This document shows positions 17,924 to 31,890 of a stretch of 64,000 nucleotides of DNA, piece by piece. The position numbers and the translations under genes were made by a program. The notes beneath the pieces are model-generated. The model made no database searches. It was not told where the DNA came from and worked only from the letters and a program-made list of their open reading frames with translations. The stretch comes from Octopus vulgaris (taxonomy: Eukaryota). How positions within the stretch are numbered: position 1 is the stretch's first letter; the number at the start of each line of letters is the position of its first letter. The stretch covers positions 77,996,001 through 78,060,000 of the forward strand of contig OX597816.1 of assembly GCA_951406725.2 (NCBI GenBank), in the 5' to 3' direction.

Positions 17924-17958
17924 TATATAAAAAGAAATCGCTCATCGCCATTCAGTAG
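17924..17958 (+). promoter_or_regulatory. Core promoter (TATA box + initiator) of the neuropeptide precursor gene
   Basis: TATATAAAAAG at 17924-17934 and the Inr-like TTCAGT at 17951-17956 (A at 17954) put the TATA at about -30/-28. ATG|GTAAGT follows ~80 nt later. A CRE half-site TGACG lies at 17644-17648. Confidence 0.65.
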
Positions 17959-18030
17959 TCACATACCAAAGCTTCTTCCCCGGATTCTCTAGGACGTCTC
18001 AGATTTTTTTTCACAGAATAACTAAGAAGA

Positions 18031-18033
18031 ATG
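18031..18033 (+). CDS. Coding part of exon 1 (initiator ATG only) of the achatin/Ocp-type neuropeptide precursor; exon ~17954-18033
   Basis: AAGAAGAATG|GTAAGT: purine at -3 and a perfect phase-0 donor. It supplies the Met missing from the phase-0 signal-peptide exon at 35541. Confidence 0.6.
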
Positions 18034-18101
18034 GTAAGTAAACTAATGGCGACCTCTGAGTGTCTCTTTTACTTTTACTTTCGCTATCTTCTTTCATTAT
18101 C

Positions 18102-18145
<44 letters not shown>

Positions 18146-18464
18146 TCACTCCGTCTCTCTCTTACTCTTTCTCTCTCTCCCCTTCTCTCTCACACACACA
18201 CGCTATATGCATACATACATACATGCAGACAGACTGACTGACAGACAAGCAGACAGACATATACAAATACACACGCATAATATGAAAACATTTGCTTTGC
18301 TTCTTGTATATTCGAATGGATGTAAATATATTTATATGGGAGTGTTTATATGTACTTTTGGTATATAGTTTGGCACGTGTACAATATACAAGCACGCACA
18401 CACACAAACATATATACTTACACACATAAACACATGCATACACACATATGTATACATACGTATG

Positions 18465-18509
<45 letters not shown>

Positions 18510-18549
18510 CAGTGTAAGTGTGCTTTATTAGTTTGGTGCTTTACTATGA

Positions 18550-18606
<57 letters not shown>

Positions 18607-18779
18607 ATTAAGTAACGAGATGGATTTCGTATTAAACTTTATTCTGTACAACGTTCGTTTCGACCCAAAATATACCACGACTGCGAATGACAACAGGTAG
18701 CCTAAACTCTGCCACTTAAGCACACTAATCGACTTATATCTATTAGTCCAAAATATTATTATTTTTATTATCATCATCA

Positions 18780-18849
<70 letters not shown>

Positions 18850-19197
18850 GAATATATATACACACACAAATGCTTACACAAATGCAACATCAACAAAAAA
18901 ATTAAGAAACATAACAAACACACACACACACGGATAACTACAGGTAGATTATGATATTCAACAACTGTGAATAACAGTTTAGTTACATCTAAAAGATTAG
19001 AAAATTAAAAACTATTTGATCCCAGTTCTTCAATATCAGTAAACAAACAGAATAGTAAAGGTATACAAAATTGTCGCATTTGATCCTAATTAGTTCCGAC
19101 AAACGATCAAAGTAGCCGTTATTCATCATTTAAATTAACTGTTTGATGAATAAAACAAAATGGCAAACATTTAGTTTTTATTATTGTTAATTCGCTG

Positions 19198-20565
19198 AAA
19201 AGGTGGCGAGCTGGAAGAAACGTTAGCACGCCGGGCGAAATGCTTAGCGGTATTTCGTCTGCCGTTACGTTCTGAGTTCAAATTCCGCCGAGGTCGGCTT
19301 TGCCTTTCATCCTTTCGGGGTCGATAAATTAAGTACCAGTTACGCACTGGGGTCGATGTAATCGACTTAATCCGTTTGTCCCTCCTTGTTTGTCCTCTCT
19401 GTGGGTAGTAAAGAAATAGGTATTTTGTTCGTCTTTAATCACCCCCCACTAAATTGACTCATCCCCTTCCCCTAAATTGCTGGCCTTGTGCAAAAATTTG
19501 AAATCATTATCAATCTGCTGAAAGGCGGCAAACTGGCAGAATGGTTAGCACGCCGGGCGAAATGCTTTGCAGTATTTTCGTCCGCCGCTGCGTTCTGGGT
19601 TCAAATTCCGCCGAGGTCGACTTTGCCTTTCATCCTTTCGGGGTCGATAAATTAAGTACCAGTTACGCACTGGGGTTGATGTAATCGACTTAATCCGTTT
19701 GTCTGTCCTTGTTTGCCCCCTCTGTGTTTAGCCCATTGTGGGTAGTAAAGAAATAGGTATTTTATCTGCCGTTACGTTCAAAGTTCAAATTCTGACAAGG
19801 TCGACTTTGCCTTTCATCCTTTTGGGGTCCATAAATTAAGTATCAGTGAAGCACTGATTTCGATGTAATTTACCTACCCCCTACACCAAATTTCAGGCCT
19901 TGTGACTAGAGTAGAAAGGATTATTAATCTACTGAAAGGCGGCGAGCTGGCAGAATTGTTAGCACGCCGGGCAAATGCTTAACGCCATTTTATCCGTCTT
20001 GACGTTCTGAATTCAAATTCCGCTGAGGTCGACTTTACTTTCCATCCTTTCCATCGACTAGTCCTCTCCAAAAAATTTCAGGCCTTATGCCTATAGCAGA
20101 AATGATTATTAATCTGCTGGCAAAGGCAGCAAGCTAGCAGAATCGTTAGCACGCAGGACAAAATGCTAGGCGGCATTTCATCCGTCTTTATGTCCTGAGT
20201 TCAAATTCCGCCGAAGTCGACTTTTACTTTTATCCTTTCGAGGGTTGATAAAATTAGTATTAGTTGAGCAATGGGGTCGTATAATCGACTTACTCCGATA
20301 TTGCTGGCCTTGTACCAAAATTTGAAATCATTATTATTATTAAGCCGGCAGAATTGTTAGCACACCGGAAGAAAATGCTTAGCGACATTTCGTCCATCTT
20401 TATGTTCTGAGTTCAAATTCCGCCGTGGCCGACTTTACTTTTCATCCTTCCAGTAATCGATAAAATAAGTACCAGTTGAGTGCTACCGGGGTCGATGTAA
20501 TCGTCTAACCTCCTCCCCACAAATTTCAGGCTTTGTCTTTATAGTAGAAATAATTAGTATTATTA
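19198..20565 (+). mobile_element. Head-to-tail array of 5-6 tRNA-derived SINE copies (same family as 14135-15720)
   Basis: The head GGCGGCGAGCTGGCAGAA..GTTAGCACGCCGGG recurs at ~19201, 19523, 19937, 20124 and 20345, each followed by the same central domain. Confidence 0.85.
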
Positions 20566-23372
20566 TAGATTTATATTTGTACTTTATAGACATCAATATA
20601 CATAACATTTGGTGACCTTACGAATATATTGGACTTCCATCAGCCAGAGTTGCTTATGTATCAGTATATGTACGCATAGGCTTGGGCTAGATTTTTTGGG
20701 TGGAAGCCTGGCAGGTGCCCATACATCCAAGTCTCCACTTTCCTTGCCACTGATGGTTATTCAACATAAAAACTGTCGATTTGGGCCGATTTGGGCACCA
20801 GTGTCGTCACAGACGTTGCTATTTGAATGCAAAGAACCGAAACAGACAATCTTAGACATCTCATTCCAGCCCTCAAACCATTCCTCCGATTCACTACCCA
20901 AGGTTGGTACTTTAGTAGAAATCTTCACAGTGTAAATTTGGAGTTTGTGGCTCAATATAAGCGTTATGAAAAGTCAGTTTACTTGAGAGATTAATTTTAT
21001 GCCAGACATTTTCTAAAATTCAAAATGTAACTCTAATCAGTTGTCAAAGAGTAAATATTAAAGAAAAAATATCGATTCTTATTAAGAGGTTAATTTTTGT
21101 TTCCGTTGATATTGGTAGGAAGGCGGAGAATTCCAATAAATATAAGAAGGAAAAAAACATTGAAGAGCCAGAAAGAATATAGCAAAGTAGGAAACATCCT
21201 CGTTGATAATACATCGTATTCATTTGCAAATGTGATTATATAAATATTAGTTTCAAATTTGGCCAGCAATTTCAGGTGAGGGATAAGTCGATTAGATCTA
21301 CCCCAGTACTCAACTGGTATTTATTATTATAACTACATAAGTATATTATGTGATTGTATAAATATTAAAATCAAATAATTAATCTTAAAACAATTTTAGA
21401 GCTGCAAACTGGTATAATCGTTAACGCGTCGGACAACATGTTTGGCGGTCTTTCTTCCAGCTATTTACGTTCTGAATTCAAGCGTCACTGGGGTTGACTT
21501 TGCCTTTCTTTCTCTCAAGGCCGATAAAATAAGTACCAGTCAAGCACTGTCGTCGTTGTAATTGACTTAAACCCTCCCCTAAAATTACTAGCCTTATATT
21601 TAAGTTTGAAACCATTATTTTTTAAACGTTTTTAAGAATATGAACATTCAATGATGATATGACTCTAGGGTCAGAATAAAATCAAATTTATTGTGAGAAG
21701 CCAGTTAAGTTGAATTTTACCATACATGAGATTTTATACGCTCACTTTAAAAATAACGCATTGCATAATATAACCGCATATAGTGTCTTTATAAAAGATG
21801 GGACGATCATGATTGAAGCATCCTTGATCATTTGTTTTCTGGAAAGGGGCAGATATGTTGCTTGATTAAATCTTCCAGTAGTGAACGTTTGTCAGCTGAT
21901 CTTCTGTGCCATACGATGTAATAGGGAAATGAAATGAAATAAAAACATTTGATAATATTATTTGAAGATTTAATTCAAAATAACTGTGCAAGTTGCTTAA
22001 AAAATTAGTTTCTAAGTTGTACCTGTTGTCTACATTTTTAACCAGTAGTCTATGTTTTTGGTTAAAGACGAGATGATTATATGGTATACAGTTACTGGAG
22101 TCTATTGGCTTGTCAGAAAACTACTGAAGACATCTTCTTTGCGAGAGAATACATCAGAATTGCTTACAGTGGCAGATTATAAGATCATCGTTATGTATTT
22201 ACAACCCAAATAGAGTGGTGTACTTTAGCTTGAGATATGCAAATCAGTCATAGATTTCGAATCGCTGACATCCCGATCAGTATAAAACCGCTTGATCGCT
22301 TTGACCAACCACGTTCTTTAAAATAAGATTATCGTAATAGTTTTATTTTTCTTTAAAAAAAAAATTCAGATTTGGACATTTTCAGGCATTACCAGTGAGA
22401 TTCATGAGGTTGATGTTCAGCTTGAACTTCTGTAGATAAATAACCATAGGAAAAACATGGGTAAAGGGGAAATTCTATAAAACAGAATGATGGGATTAGG
22501 CGAAGTTTTTACTCTCGGAGATACACCGAAAATAAACTGATATGGTACAAAATTGAATTTTACATTCTAAAAAAAAACCAACCATATGATCTTTGGTTCA
22601 GACCCACTGTGTGGCATCTTTGGCAAGTGTCTTTTCCTGTAGCCCAGGGCCAACGAAGAGCCATATGAGGGAGTTGGTTGACAGTAACTGAAAGAATCAT
22701 GTCATATATACGTGTGTGTGTTTTATGTCAATATGTCTTTCTGTTTATACCGCACCAACACTTGACAACCAATGTTGGTTTGCTTATGCTCCCGTAACAT
22801 AGCAGTTCGACAAAAGAGACCGATAGAATAAGTTCCAGGCTTTTAAAATAGATACTGGGGTCGATTTGTTCGACTAAACACTTCAATGCAGTGTCCCAGT
22901 GTGACCGTAGTCCAATGACTGAGATAAGTAAAAAATAAAAAGTTTTTTTTTGTTTTAAACCAGCTGAATTCATAATTTAGATGCGCAAATAGCAAATTGT
23001 ATTCACATGAAAATAAAATTTACATTAAACATAACATAATTTTTTATAATAAAGCGTAAGTTTTAATTTTCTTTAGAAATGAACACTAATTTTCTTTTAG
23101 CTCTTAATTAACCATTATTTTAGTTATTCGTTGATATCTAATATTCAGATTCATATAAATGAGTTATTCCACCGTAATGGTTTGTAGATTTCGATTGCAC
23201 ACAGTGTATTGAAGTTTATTACTGTTGTTTAGTCTTAGAGCAGGGCTTTGATCAAAAGTATTCTAGCTTTGTCGAGCAAATCTTTTTTTTTTTTTTTTTT
23301 TTGTAGTTGGGGGAACATTGAGGACTACATCACGTAATGCATCCTATTTAATCAGTATGATGTGGTTTAGGG

Positions 23373-23668
23373 CAGTTCTACTCAAAGTGGTGGTCCGCAG
23401 ACCGCTGCCGGTCCGCGAGCCATCAGCTGGTGGTACGCGGCGAGTTTCCAGAAAAGAAACATTATAAAATGCTTATAAAATGCCTATGTAATACCGTATT
23501 ATTTGTTTACAAAATAAACATAAGATAAAAAATATTGTCAACTTTTATTATATTCATTATATATATTGTTTCTGGTATAAATAAATATTACTAAGAAATA
23601 TTGCCGGTCCCTGGCTCATTGGGAAAAAAACTGCCGGTACGCCACATCAGATAGTTTGAGAAGCACTG
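23373..23668. mobile_element. hAT (Charlie-like) MITE
   Basis: TIRs CAGTTCTACTCAAA / TTTGAGAAGCACTG and GGTCCG subterminal motifs. The flanking 8-mers GTTTAGGG / GTTTACAG match 6/8, consistent with a decayed TSD. Confidence 0.75.
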
Positions 23669-25195
23669 GTTTACAGAATTTGGCAGCTTTTTTGTATTTC
23701 CTTTCTCTTTTTTCTTTCTTTTTTTTTGCGATAGAGCGAGTGTGGTTTTAAGATTTGTCTGAAGATCACACGACAATGTTGACAGTTTCCTTGGTAGAAA
23801 TCTGATTTTTTTTGGCTTAAACTCGCCAAAAGATTCGAGTTCAGAACTACAAACTAATAAAACCCAATATTGCAGATTATTTACTGCTGTTTCCAGCGAT
23901 GAAATATATACCTTTCCACAGTAATTATTCTTTTACACTTTTACTTGTTTCAGTTGGATTGCGGCCATGCTGGGGCAACGTTTAATAAGATTAGTTGAGC
24001 AAATATAAACACAAACACACACATTCACACATATACATACATATATGTGTGTGTGTGCGTTTACATCATACATACACACACACACACACACACCAGGGGC
24101 TTCAACACAGTTTCTGTCTACCAAATTCACTCAAAGGACAGCGCTCCGCTCGACACCATAATAGTAGACGCATTCTCAAGGTGCTCTGCAAATGGATTGA
24201 ACGTGTAACTATGTGATTGCGAAGCGAACTTCGTAACCATACAGATATGTCAGCAGTTAGGTGAATTGAAATTGTCTTGTTGTTGTTGTTGCTGTTTGTG
24301 GGGGTGGGATGGGGTGGTGGTGGTGGTGGTGGTGTGTTTAAACTCCAAGTCAGTCTTGATCGAGTAAACCTATGATCAAAGATGTTCCAGCTGTGATCAT
24401 TCTGCCTTTCTATGAATATCTAAGACTATATTATTTTAAGTGCCCTTCAATATCTAAGGCTCTTTCATGCAATTTTAGAATGATTCGGTTGTTCTTTAAG
24501 TTAAGCTATCTCATAGACAATTAAGTACATTGCATTACGGTCAATGAATACGAACCATATAACCTTCTGTTAATGGTTTGACGCCACATTGCATCCACCA
24601 GCTGCGATTCTTCATTGAAGTTCATATTTATGATAGTTTGTTTTACGTGAAATAGTTTTTCTTTGGATTAAGCTAATACATTAAATATGTCATAAATTAG
24701 ATTATTCTAATGGACAGATAGGATATTTATAATACGCTCTCACTCTAAAGATTTAAAATACACTTTTTCAATAAATAAGCTATTCCTCTATTATTATTCA
24801 GTTTACATCAAGGATACTTTATACGAATATGTAATCGATCTCAGTACTTCGCCTAATGCTTTATTTTATCAACTCCATATGGTATAAAAGTTGTGGACTC
24901 AGAAGGTAATAGGCCAGAACTAAACACTGCAAGCATATTGACCGATGCTCTAATGATGCTAATAGTCCACCGCTCATTATTTGTCTGAGCCCATATGATG
25001 AGAAACAATCAAAAGAATATATTGAACAAAACGAATAAAATTTTGTAAAAGATTTGCAAATGACACTTACAAAAATCTATCCTGCAAAGTGAGAAGTAAA
25101 AAAACAGACTGTTAAATGAATATGATTGCAATTTTACGTAAGATTCAATTTAGAAATCATGCATAATGTGGATTATGTGCATTGTGACGGAAAGG

Positions 25196-25275
<80 letters not shown>

Positions 25276-25290
25276 GAGAGAGATGGATAG

Positions 25291-25354
<64 letters not shown>

Positions 25355-25391
25355 GTAGATAGATAAATAAATAGACAGAGATGGATGGATG

Positions 25392-25453
<62 letters not shown>

Positions 25454-25461
25454 GATGGATG

Positions 25462-25531
<70 letters not shown>
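25196..25531. repeat. (GATA)n microsatellite; others include (GATA)n 35800-35942, (CATA)n 28484-28642, (CA)n 38497-38638
   Basis: Directly visible. Confidence 0.95.
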
Positions 25532-26935
25532 CCCCGAAGTGAGGCCCACAAAACTTTAAGTAGTGTAGAGCTGTCTTAAAGTGTTATTAAATGCATGTAA
25601 CTCCAACTAAATGTGTCGAGCTCTACTTTTTTTGTTTGTTCACTCCTTACAATATATAAGTGTAGATGTATGTGTGTCTTTATGTATATGTGTAGGTGTA
25701 GGAAGAGAAAAAACACTTCTATGTTATAATTCAATCTTTTTATTAACGTTTTGTCGTATTTACTTTTCAGTCTCATAGTTCGTTCGAACAATAAAGTTAC
25801 CAAGTTGATTTTTAACAATGCTGACAAGCTATCTCAGCCTCATCATGAGGATCTGGAATGGCTTTTGATTTCTGTTTTACCTACACCACATACACCTACA
25901 CCACATACCATCAAAACAAAGGGTTAGAAAAATATGAACAAAAACTACTCCCATACTTTCTAGAATACCCCCGCACACACCAAAAAAATAATAAAGTGAT
26001 TAAGGAAACAATACTAATATCGCAACAAGATGCTACAATTGACATATAATATACACACAGCACAACTTCAAACACTTTTACAGAGGATGGAAGATTACAG
26101 GAGTGAAGCATGTGTACCAGAATTGACAGAAGTAGTGGGCAAAATAAAACTAGTCATACATTATTCAACTTGATAATATAGCTTTCGAAGAACAGGCTGA
26201 ACGGTAAATTAGCAGATAAAGCTAGATAAGAAATTGATAGAATTTGTAGAATACGTATCAACACTCAATTCGGCATCTATTCAGTAGAGCGTTTAACCAC
26301 GTAAAGTATTCAATCACGTATATATGAATCGGGTTTTGCCTGTTTTATTGTAACGACGCAATTGATGATATTGTAACTTTGTTTTCACAAAAATAAATGA
26401 ATTCTCATTTAGATTAGATTCAATGCTTACAAAAAGCTATAAAGGGTAAGAATAAGATAGTATAAGAACCATAGTTACAAGAACGATTGAAGGAAATCTG
26501 TTTCCATTTAATTATGCAGTCGACAATATGTTAGCTGCACGGCAGAGCTATGAACATAGCATTACTTGAATACCTTTCTCTTCTATAATTTTCATAAATG
26601 CAAATAGATCCCATTCAGATGTATATATATATATATGTATATATTGAACACATACATACGTACACACACACACACACACACACACATTCGAAATGGTAAA
26701 TCTCGGAGTAAATAAATCTATAAATAATAGTGTGTAAATAACCTTTTCGAACGAAAAAGTCGAAGGGACCTTCGACCTTTTCTATCTAATACATTTTTAA
26801 CCCAATATCCACACGGTATTATTTATAGATTTATTTGCTTCAAGATCTACCATTGCCTCCCACCGAAAACAACAAATTATTTCACGTTCTCTCGAAGTTT
26901 ATAAAAGTTTCTTATAACATCAACAATATATATGT

Positions 26936-26974
<39 letters not shown>

Positions 26975-28196
26975 TAGTTGAAATTTACAGAAAAACAAAA
27001 GACGAATACATGTGTATGAACAACAAGCATGAGTATTAGTTTGACGCTCGGGAAAGTGAGAAAGTCTTTTAATTTTCGAGCCTACGCTCTCCAGCAGAAA
27101 GGAATACGAGAAAATAAAAAGAGGGAGAATTTTTAAAATCTTGTAGATTTAGCGGTCATACATATATATACATATACCTGTATACATACATACACACACA
27201 CATACATAGGCATACACGCATATATGTATACACACATATATGTATGTATGCATGTATGTATGTATTATTTAATGAATAGAAATTAATTTGATTTTAGTTA
27301 GGACAAGATTACTATTTTCGCGAGAGGTTTATAGTTGATTTTACTTAGTGGTTAAATTTCTTTCAAACTGCATCCTACCATCTTAAAGGAAAATACGTTT
27401 GCTCAATCAAAACTGACATGGAAGTACATAACATTTGTTACTTTTTATTCAATACCGGCTAGATTTGATAATAAATTTATCACAGTTATGAAACGAACTC
27501 AGAAACTTGATATAAATTACTGTACTGAATCACATCTGGCGCTCCACCGTGTTTGCCAGTTTAGTCAAGTCTCGCCATCAGACTTAACGCACTGACTATG
27601 CAGTACATTCACTCACTAGTGAACCTTTCTTCATTCTAAATATGATTCCGCATCAAGGAGCTACAATGTAAATCTAAACTACGTCACTTGAACAGCCGCG
27701 TAGCTTCAACATATGCATAAGCTCTGTTAATCGTTTATTTTGTGGTTTAAACATAATTACACACTTAAAAGAAATACTTTGGTAATTATCTTCAAAAATC
27801 AATATTATTCTACTAGATAAAATGGAGTGTTCGATTAATTTCAAACTTTATACTTGCAATGCCGTAATATAACATAAATAATATAAAAGATAGAAGCATA
27901 ACTATGCTTTTAGGTGCACTGACTTCTAACACAGGCACAAGTCCTTGAGCATTTCGGAGGAAAAGTCTAGTTGATTACACTTTTGAATTAAATCTATCCC
28001 AGGACCTATTTTATAAATATAATTTCATATAGTATTTAGTGAACATTATTCAAAGATCGGTTCGCTCTATTTTACAATTGAAAAATTACTAGAGATTGCT
28101 TGTGCAATACACGCCAAACAAATATCACTCGAGGAATTTTCCTTTGAAAGCAGCGATTTATCAGTTTTCTCGCCCTAATACAACGGCGAAAGATAC

Positions 28197-28261
<65 letters not shown>

Positions 28262-28689
28262 TACATAGATACATACATACATACATACATACATACATAC
28301 ATACATACATACATACATACATACAGCCGCAGATCAGTGATAAAGAGAACACCTATGCTGAACCATTGAGAAATCTACAGTTACTTTATCCAGATTGCAA
28401 GTTTATCATTTAAATATATATGAACATGTCTAGATATGTAACTCTATGCATGAGAATACATACATAAAACATACAACTCTGCACATACATACATACATAC
28501 ATACATACATACATACATACATACATACATACATACATACATACATACATACATACATACATACATACATACATACATACATACATACATACATACATAC
28601 ATACATACATACATACATACATACATACATACATACATACATACCCTGCTATTCATTATTTACATTCCGAGTTCGATTTCAGGCAGTGA

Positions 28690-28780
<91 letters not shown>

Positions 28781-28781
<1 letters not shown>

Positions 28782-29320
28782 TGCCCTGATGCAGTACCAG
28801 GCAGTGGCTCTCATGGCTTCTGATCTTAACTGATTGGAAGTGTTATCATGTACATTGTTTTGTCTTGGTATAAAAGATGGGCTACAGCAAATATTCTGCT
28901 CAATACCACAGATTTGCGTGTCAGTTGTTTGACCTTAACCAGTTGAGCCCGTCCCTTAGTGGCTGACGATATGTGCATCTCTGATCACGAGCAGAAGTAG
29001 TAGGAAGCATCATAGCCATGTGTTGAGAGGGATTCTTTGGGGTTTGAATAATTCACCTCTGGAAACATGGGTGGTTCTTTCAACATCCTTAAACAACCCT
29101 TATTCAGGGACCTTTTGAGCGGGATGGGCTACTCAACCTGAAGAAAATTCTAACTGGGCCCCACCTGCAAGGTCATGTGCTATTTATCTTGATATGAGAT
29201 CACCATGTCGCGCACATATGGTTGTGATGCATGTGCCTGGTGTACCTTTATCAGACGGGTAGTCATGATGGGTATATTGGGCTTCGTATATTTTACCCCA
29301 GTGTCACTGCTCTCTCACTC
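28781..29320. mobile_element. ~540-bp non-coding element inserted in (AAT)n, copy 1
   Basis: ATGCCCTGATGCAGTACCAG...CTGCTCTCTCACTC with (AAT)n on both sides; homologous to 41858-42391 and 49924-50467. Confidence 0.85.
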
Positions 29321-29347
29321 AATAATAATAATAATAATAACATCGAA

Positions 29348-29426
<79 letters not shown>

Positions 29427-29473
29427 TCGAAAAATACCTTAGGAATGAGAACCCAGGTTCGAAATTTCCCCAA

Positions 29474-29515
29474 GACACCTGATGAAGGAGGGTATATCAG
29501 CCGAAACGTTGTGTT
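29474..29515 (+). ncRNA. Minimal type I hammerhead ribozyme motif within a short repeat (~29423-29700)
   Basis: GACAC-CTGATGA-aggagggtatatcagcc-GAAAC-GTT-GTGTT. Stem I is GACAC/GTGTT, the core is intact, and stem III is the minimal palindrome AACGTT. Stem II is imperfect. Confidence 0.65.
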
Positions 29516-30544
29516 AAGAGCAATCAAGATGAGGACAAACATCCGTCAAATGTAAATAATGTACATAATTCCTCATCTCTTAAATATAGAACTGTAGCTG
29601 CTATTGATGTTGAAATTCCAATGAAGGAACCTTGGATCGAGGTTAGAAACAGGTTCTTTCTCTATTGACAAGAAGTCTTGAAATAAACTGAATAATGACA
29701 AACATACATACATACACACACACATACATACATACACACATACAAACATACATACATACATACATACATACATACATACATACATACATACATACATACA
29801 TACACACACATACAAACATACACACAGACACACATACATACTTGCATACATACATACATACATACATGCATACATGCATACATACATACATACATACATA
29901 CATACATACATACATACATACATACATACATACATACATACATACATACACGTATGTTTATGTGTTTATATGTGTGCGAAGGGCTTTTGCACTGCTTCTG
30001 TCTACCAAATTTTATTTGCAACGAATTTGTCAAACTGAGGCAAATATCAAATGGGAAGCAAACTTAACGACTCCGTAACAATGCCAGTACCCATTATACT
30101 GTATGATAGTTACTTTAGCGACACCAGATAGTTGAAATACAGCAAATTCCACCAATCCATCATTGCCTCTTTGCTTAATTATTTAGTGATCACTTTCGAT
30201 TCTTCCTCATCATATGTAATGACTAGTGAGTCATGAATGTTAATGAGATAACGACTCCAAAATATCTACTTCTTGAATTTGCTTTTATTACAGTATCGGT
30301 CCCAAATAGGACAAGACATCTTCAACAAAACAAGAAGTAAAAGTCTGTTAATTAATTTCGGAGTAAGTAAATGGAGTGTATTGAGTATCAACCCAATTAT
30401 TGACAATCGGGCTCTTTACTTACAGTCATGGCTTTATATATATATATATATATATTGTCTTATGTATATATATATCTTTTAAGTCCATTTATGTGAAACG
30501 TTATTGAGTGTGCTCATAAAAGCTCCTATGCTATTTATTCTGGG

Positions 30545-30575
<31 letters not shown>

Positions 30576-30696
30576 CAAAATAAGAAAATGGAGAAATACA
30601 CCTTATTCAATAATCAACTACCAGATAATACCCAATCACATAATTTATTAACCCACTACATATGAACATCAAGGTCAAACATAATATATAGTATAG

Positions 30697-30770
<74 letters not shown>

Positions 30771-31798
30771 TCCTTAACTTCGTCTCTGTTTAGGCGGCTT
30801 CAGTTGTCTGAGGAAGACAGATCAGCCCCCACATAATGCGAATAATAAGGCGAACATAATAGACTCTCAACGTCCCAGAATGTCTAATTGTAATAAGAGT
30901 CCATTTATGTAGTTTAATTCCCCTTTCTTATGTCATCAGCAGGAGCATAGATGGGTTAGTCCTAATATAGTCGCTTGGCCTATCATATTTCTTTCAACTC
31001 ACACTACCATCTTTAAAAATAAAAAACACATTACATAATATTCTCGTAGATACAGTATGTTTGAGAAACGGGACGGATACAGCTTGACTGCCTTTGGTTA
31101 TAAGACCTGGGGCTAAGCAACAACAACAACAACCGGTAGGGAACAGTAAAATATGACGAACGCATCATTTGTTTTCAGGGAACAAATTTAACTTGTCTTG
31201 TGGCCATTAAAATAGGGATTGTTTTGTCCTCCGGGCTTCATATATCTTTGTCCAAGTCGCATCAACGCAGTAGGCTTATATACATTAGGGCACAAAAGAG
31301 TTAAGAGTCTGACATAATGGTCTAGATAAAGCATTTTTTTGTTTGTATATATTTAGCTCAGACTAATGTCACTGTATTGTTATAAGAAAGAGTGGATATA
31401 GTAAAACATGTTTGGAAATAAACTGAAAACAAAACACGTTTACTATGTATATGTGTGCATATATGTGTATGCGTGCGTTGTGAAGACCTAAAGACTTTAT
31501 AAAAAGACTTTATAAGCTAAGAAAACAAAAGATTTATTGTGTGTGTGTATTCGTACTTGTATGTGTGTGTGTGTGTGTATGTATGCAAACGGAAATCTTT
31601 ATAAAGACTTTATAATATAATGGATACAATGGATTTAGCCTGCGCGCATGCTTGTATAATTTTAGCAAAATATTTTGAGTATGTGTGTGTGTTTGTGAAT
31701 TTCTATGTATGATTATGTGTGTATGTGATGTAAGTGTTGTGAAGACTGAAGACGTTATAAGATGAAAAGAATTAAAATATTAAGTGTATACGTATACG

Positions 31799-31836
<38 letters not shown>

Positions 31837-31852
31837 TGTGTGTGTGTATGTT

Positions 31853-31890
<38 letters not shown>

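Noticed and set aside
19198-20565. CRISPR-like or tRNA gene array
   Set aside because: Units are 200-400-bp SINE copies with tRNA-like heads; there are no short repeats with unique spacers and no complete cloverleaf.
28781-28850. Ribozyme at the end of the 540-bp element (CTGATGC; GGCTCTCATGGC)
   Set aside because: CUGAUGC lacks A9 and a partner GAAA, and I could not build an HDV-like double pseudoknot by eye.
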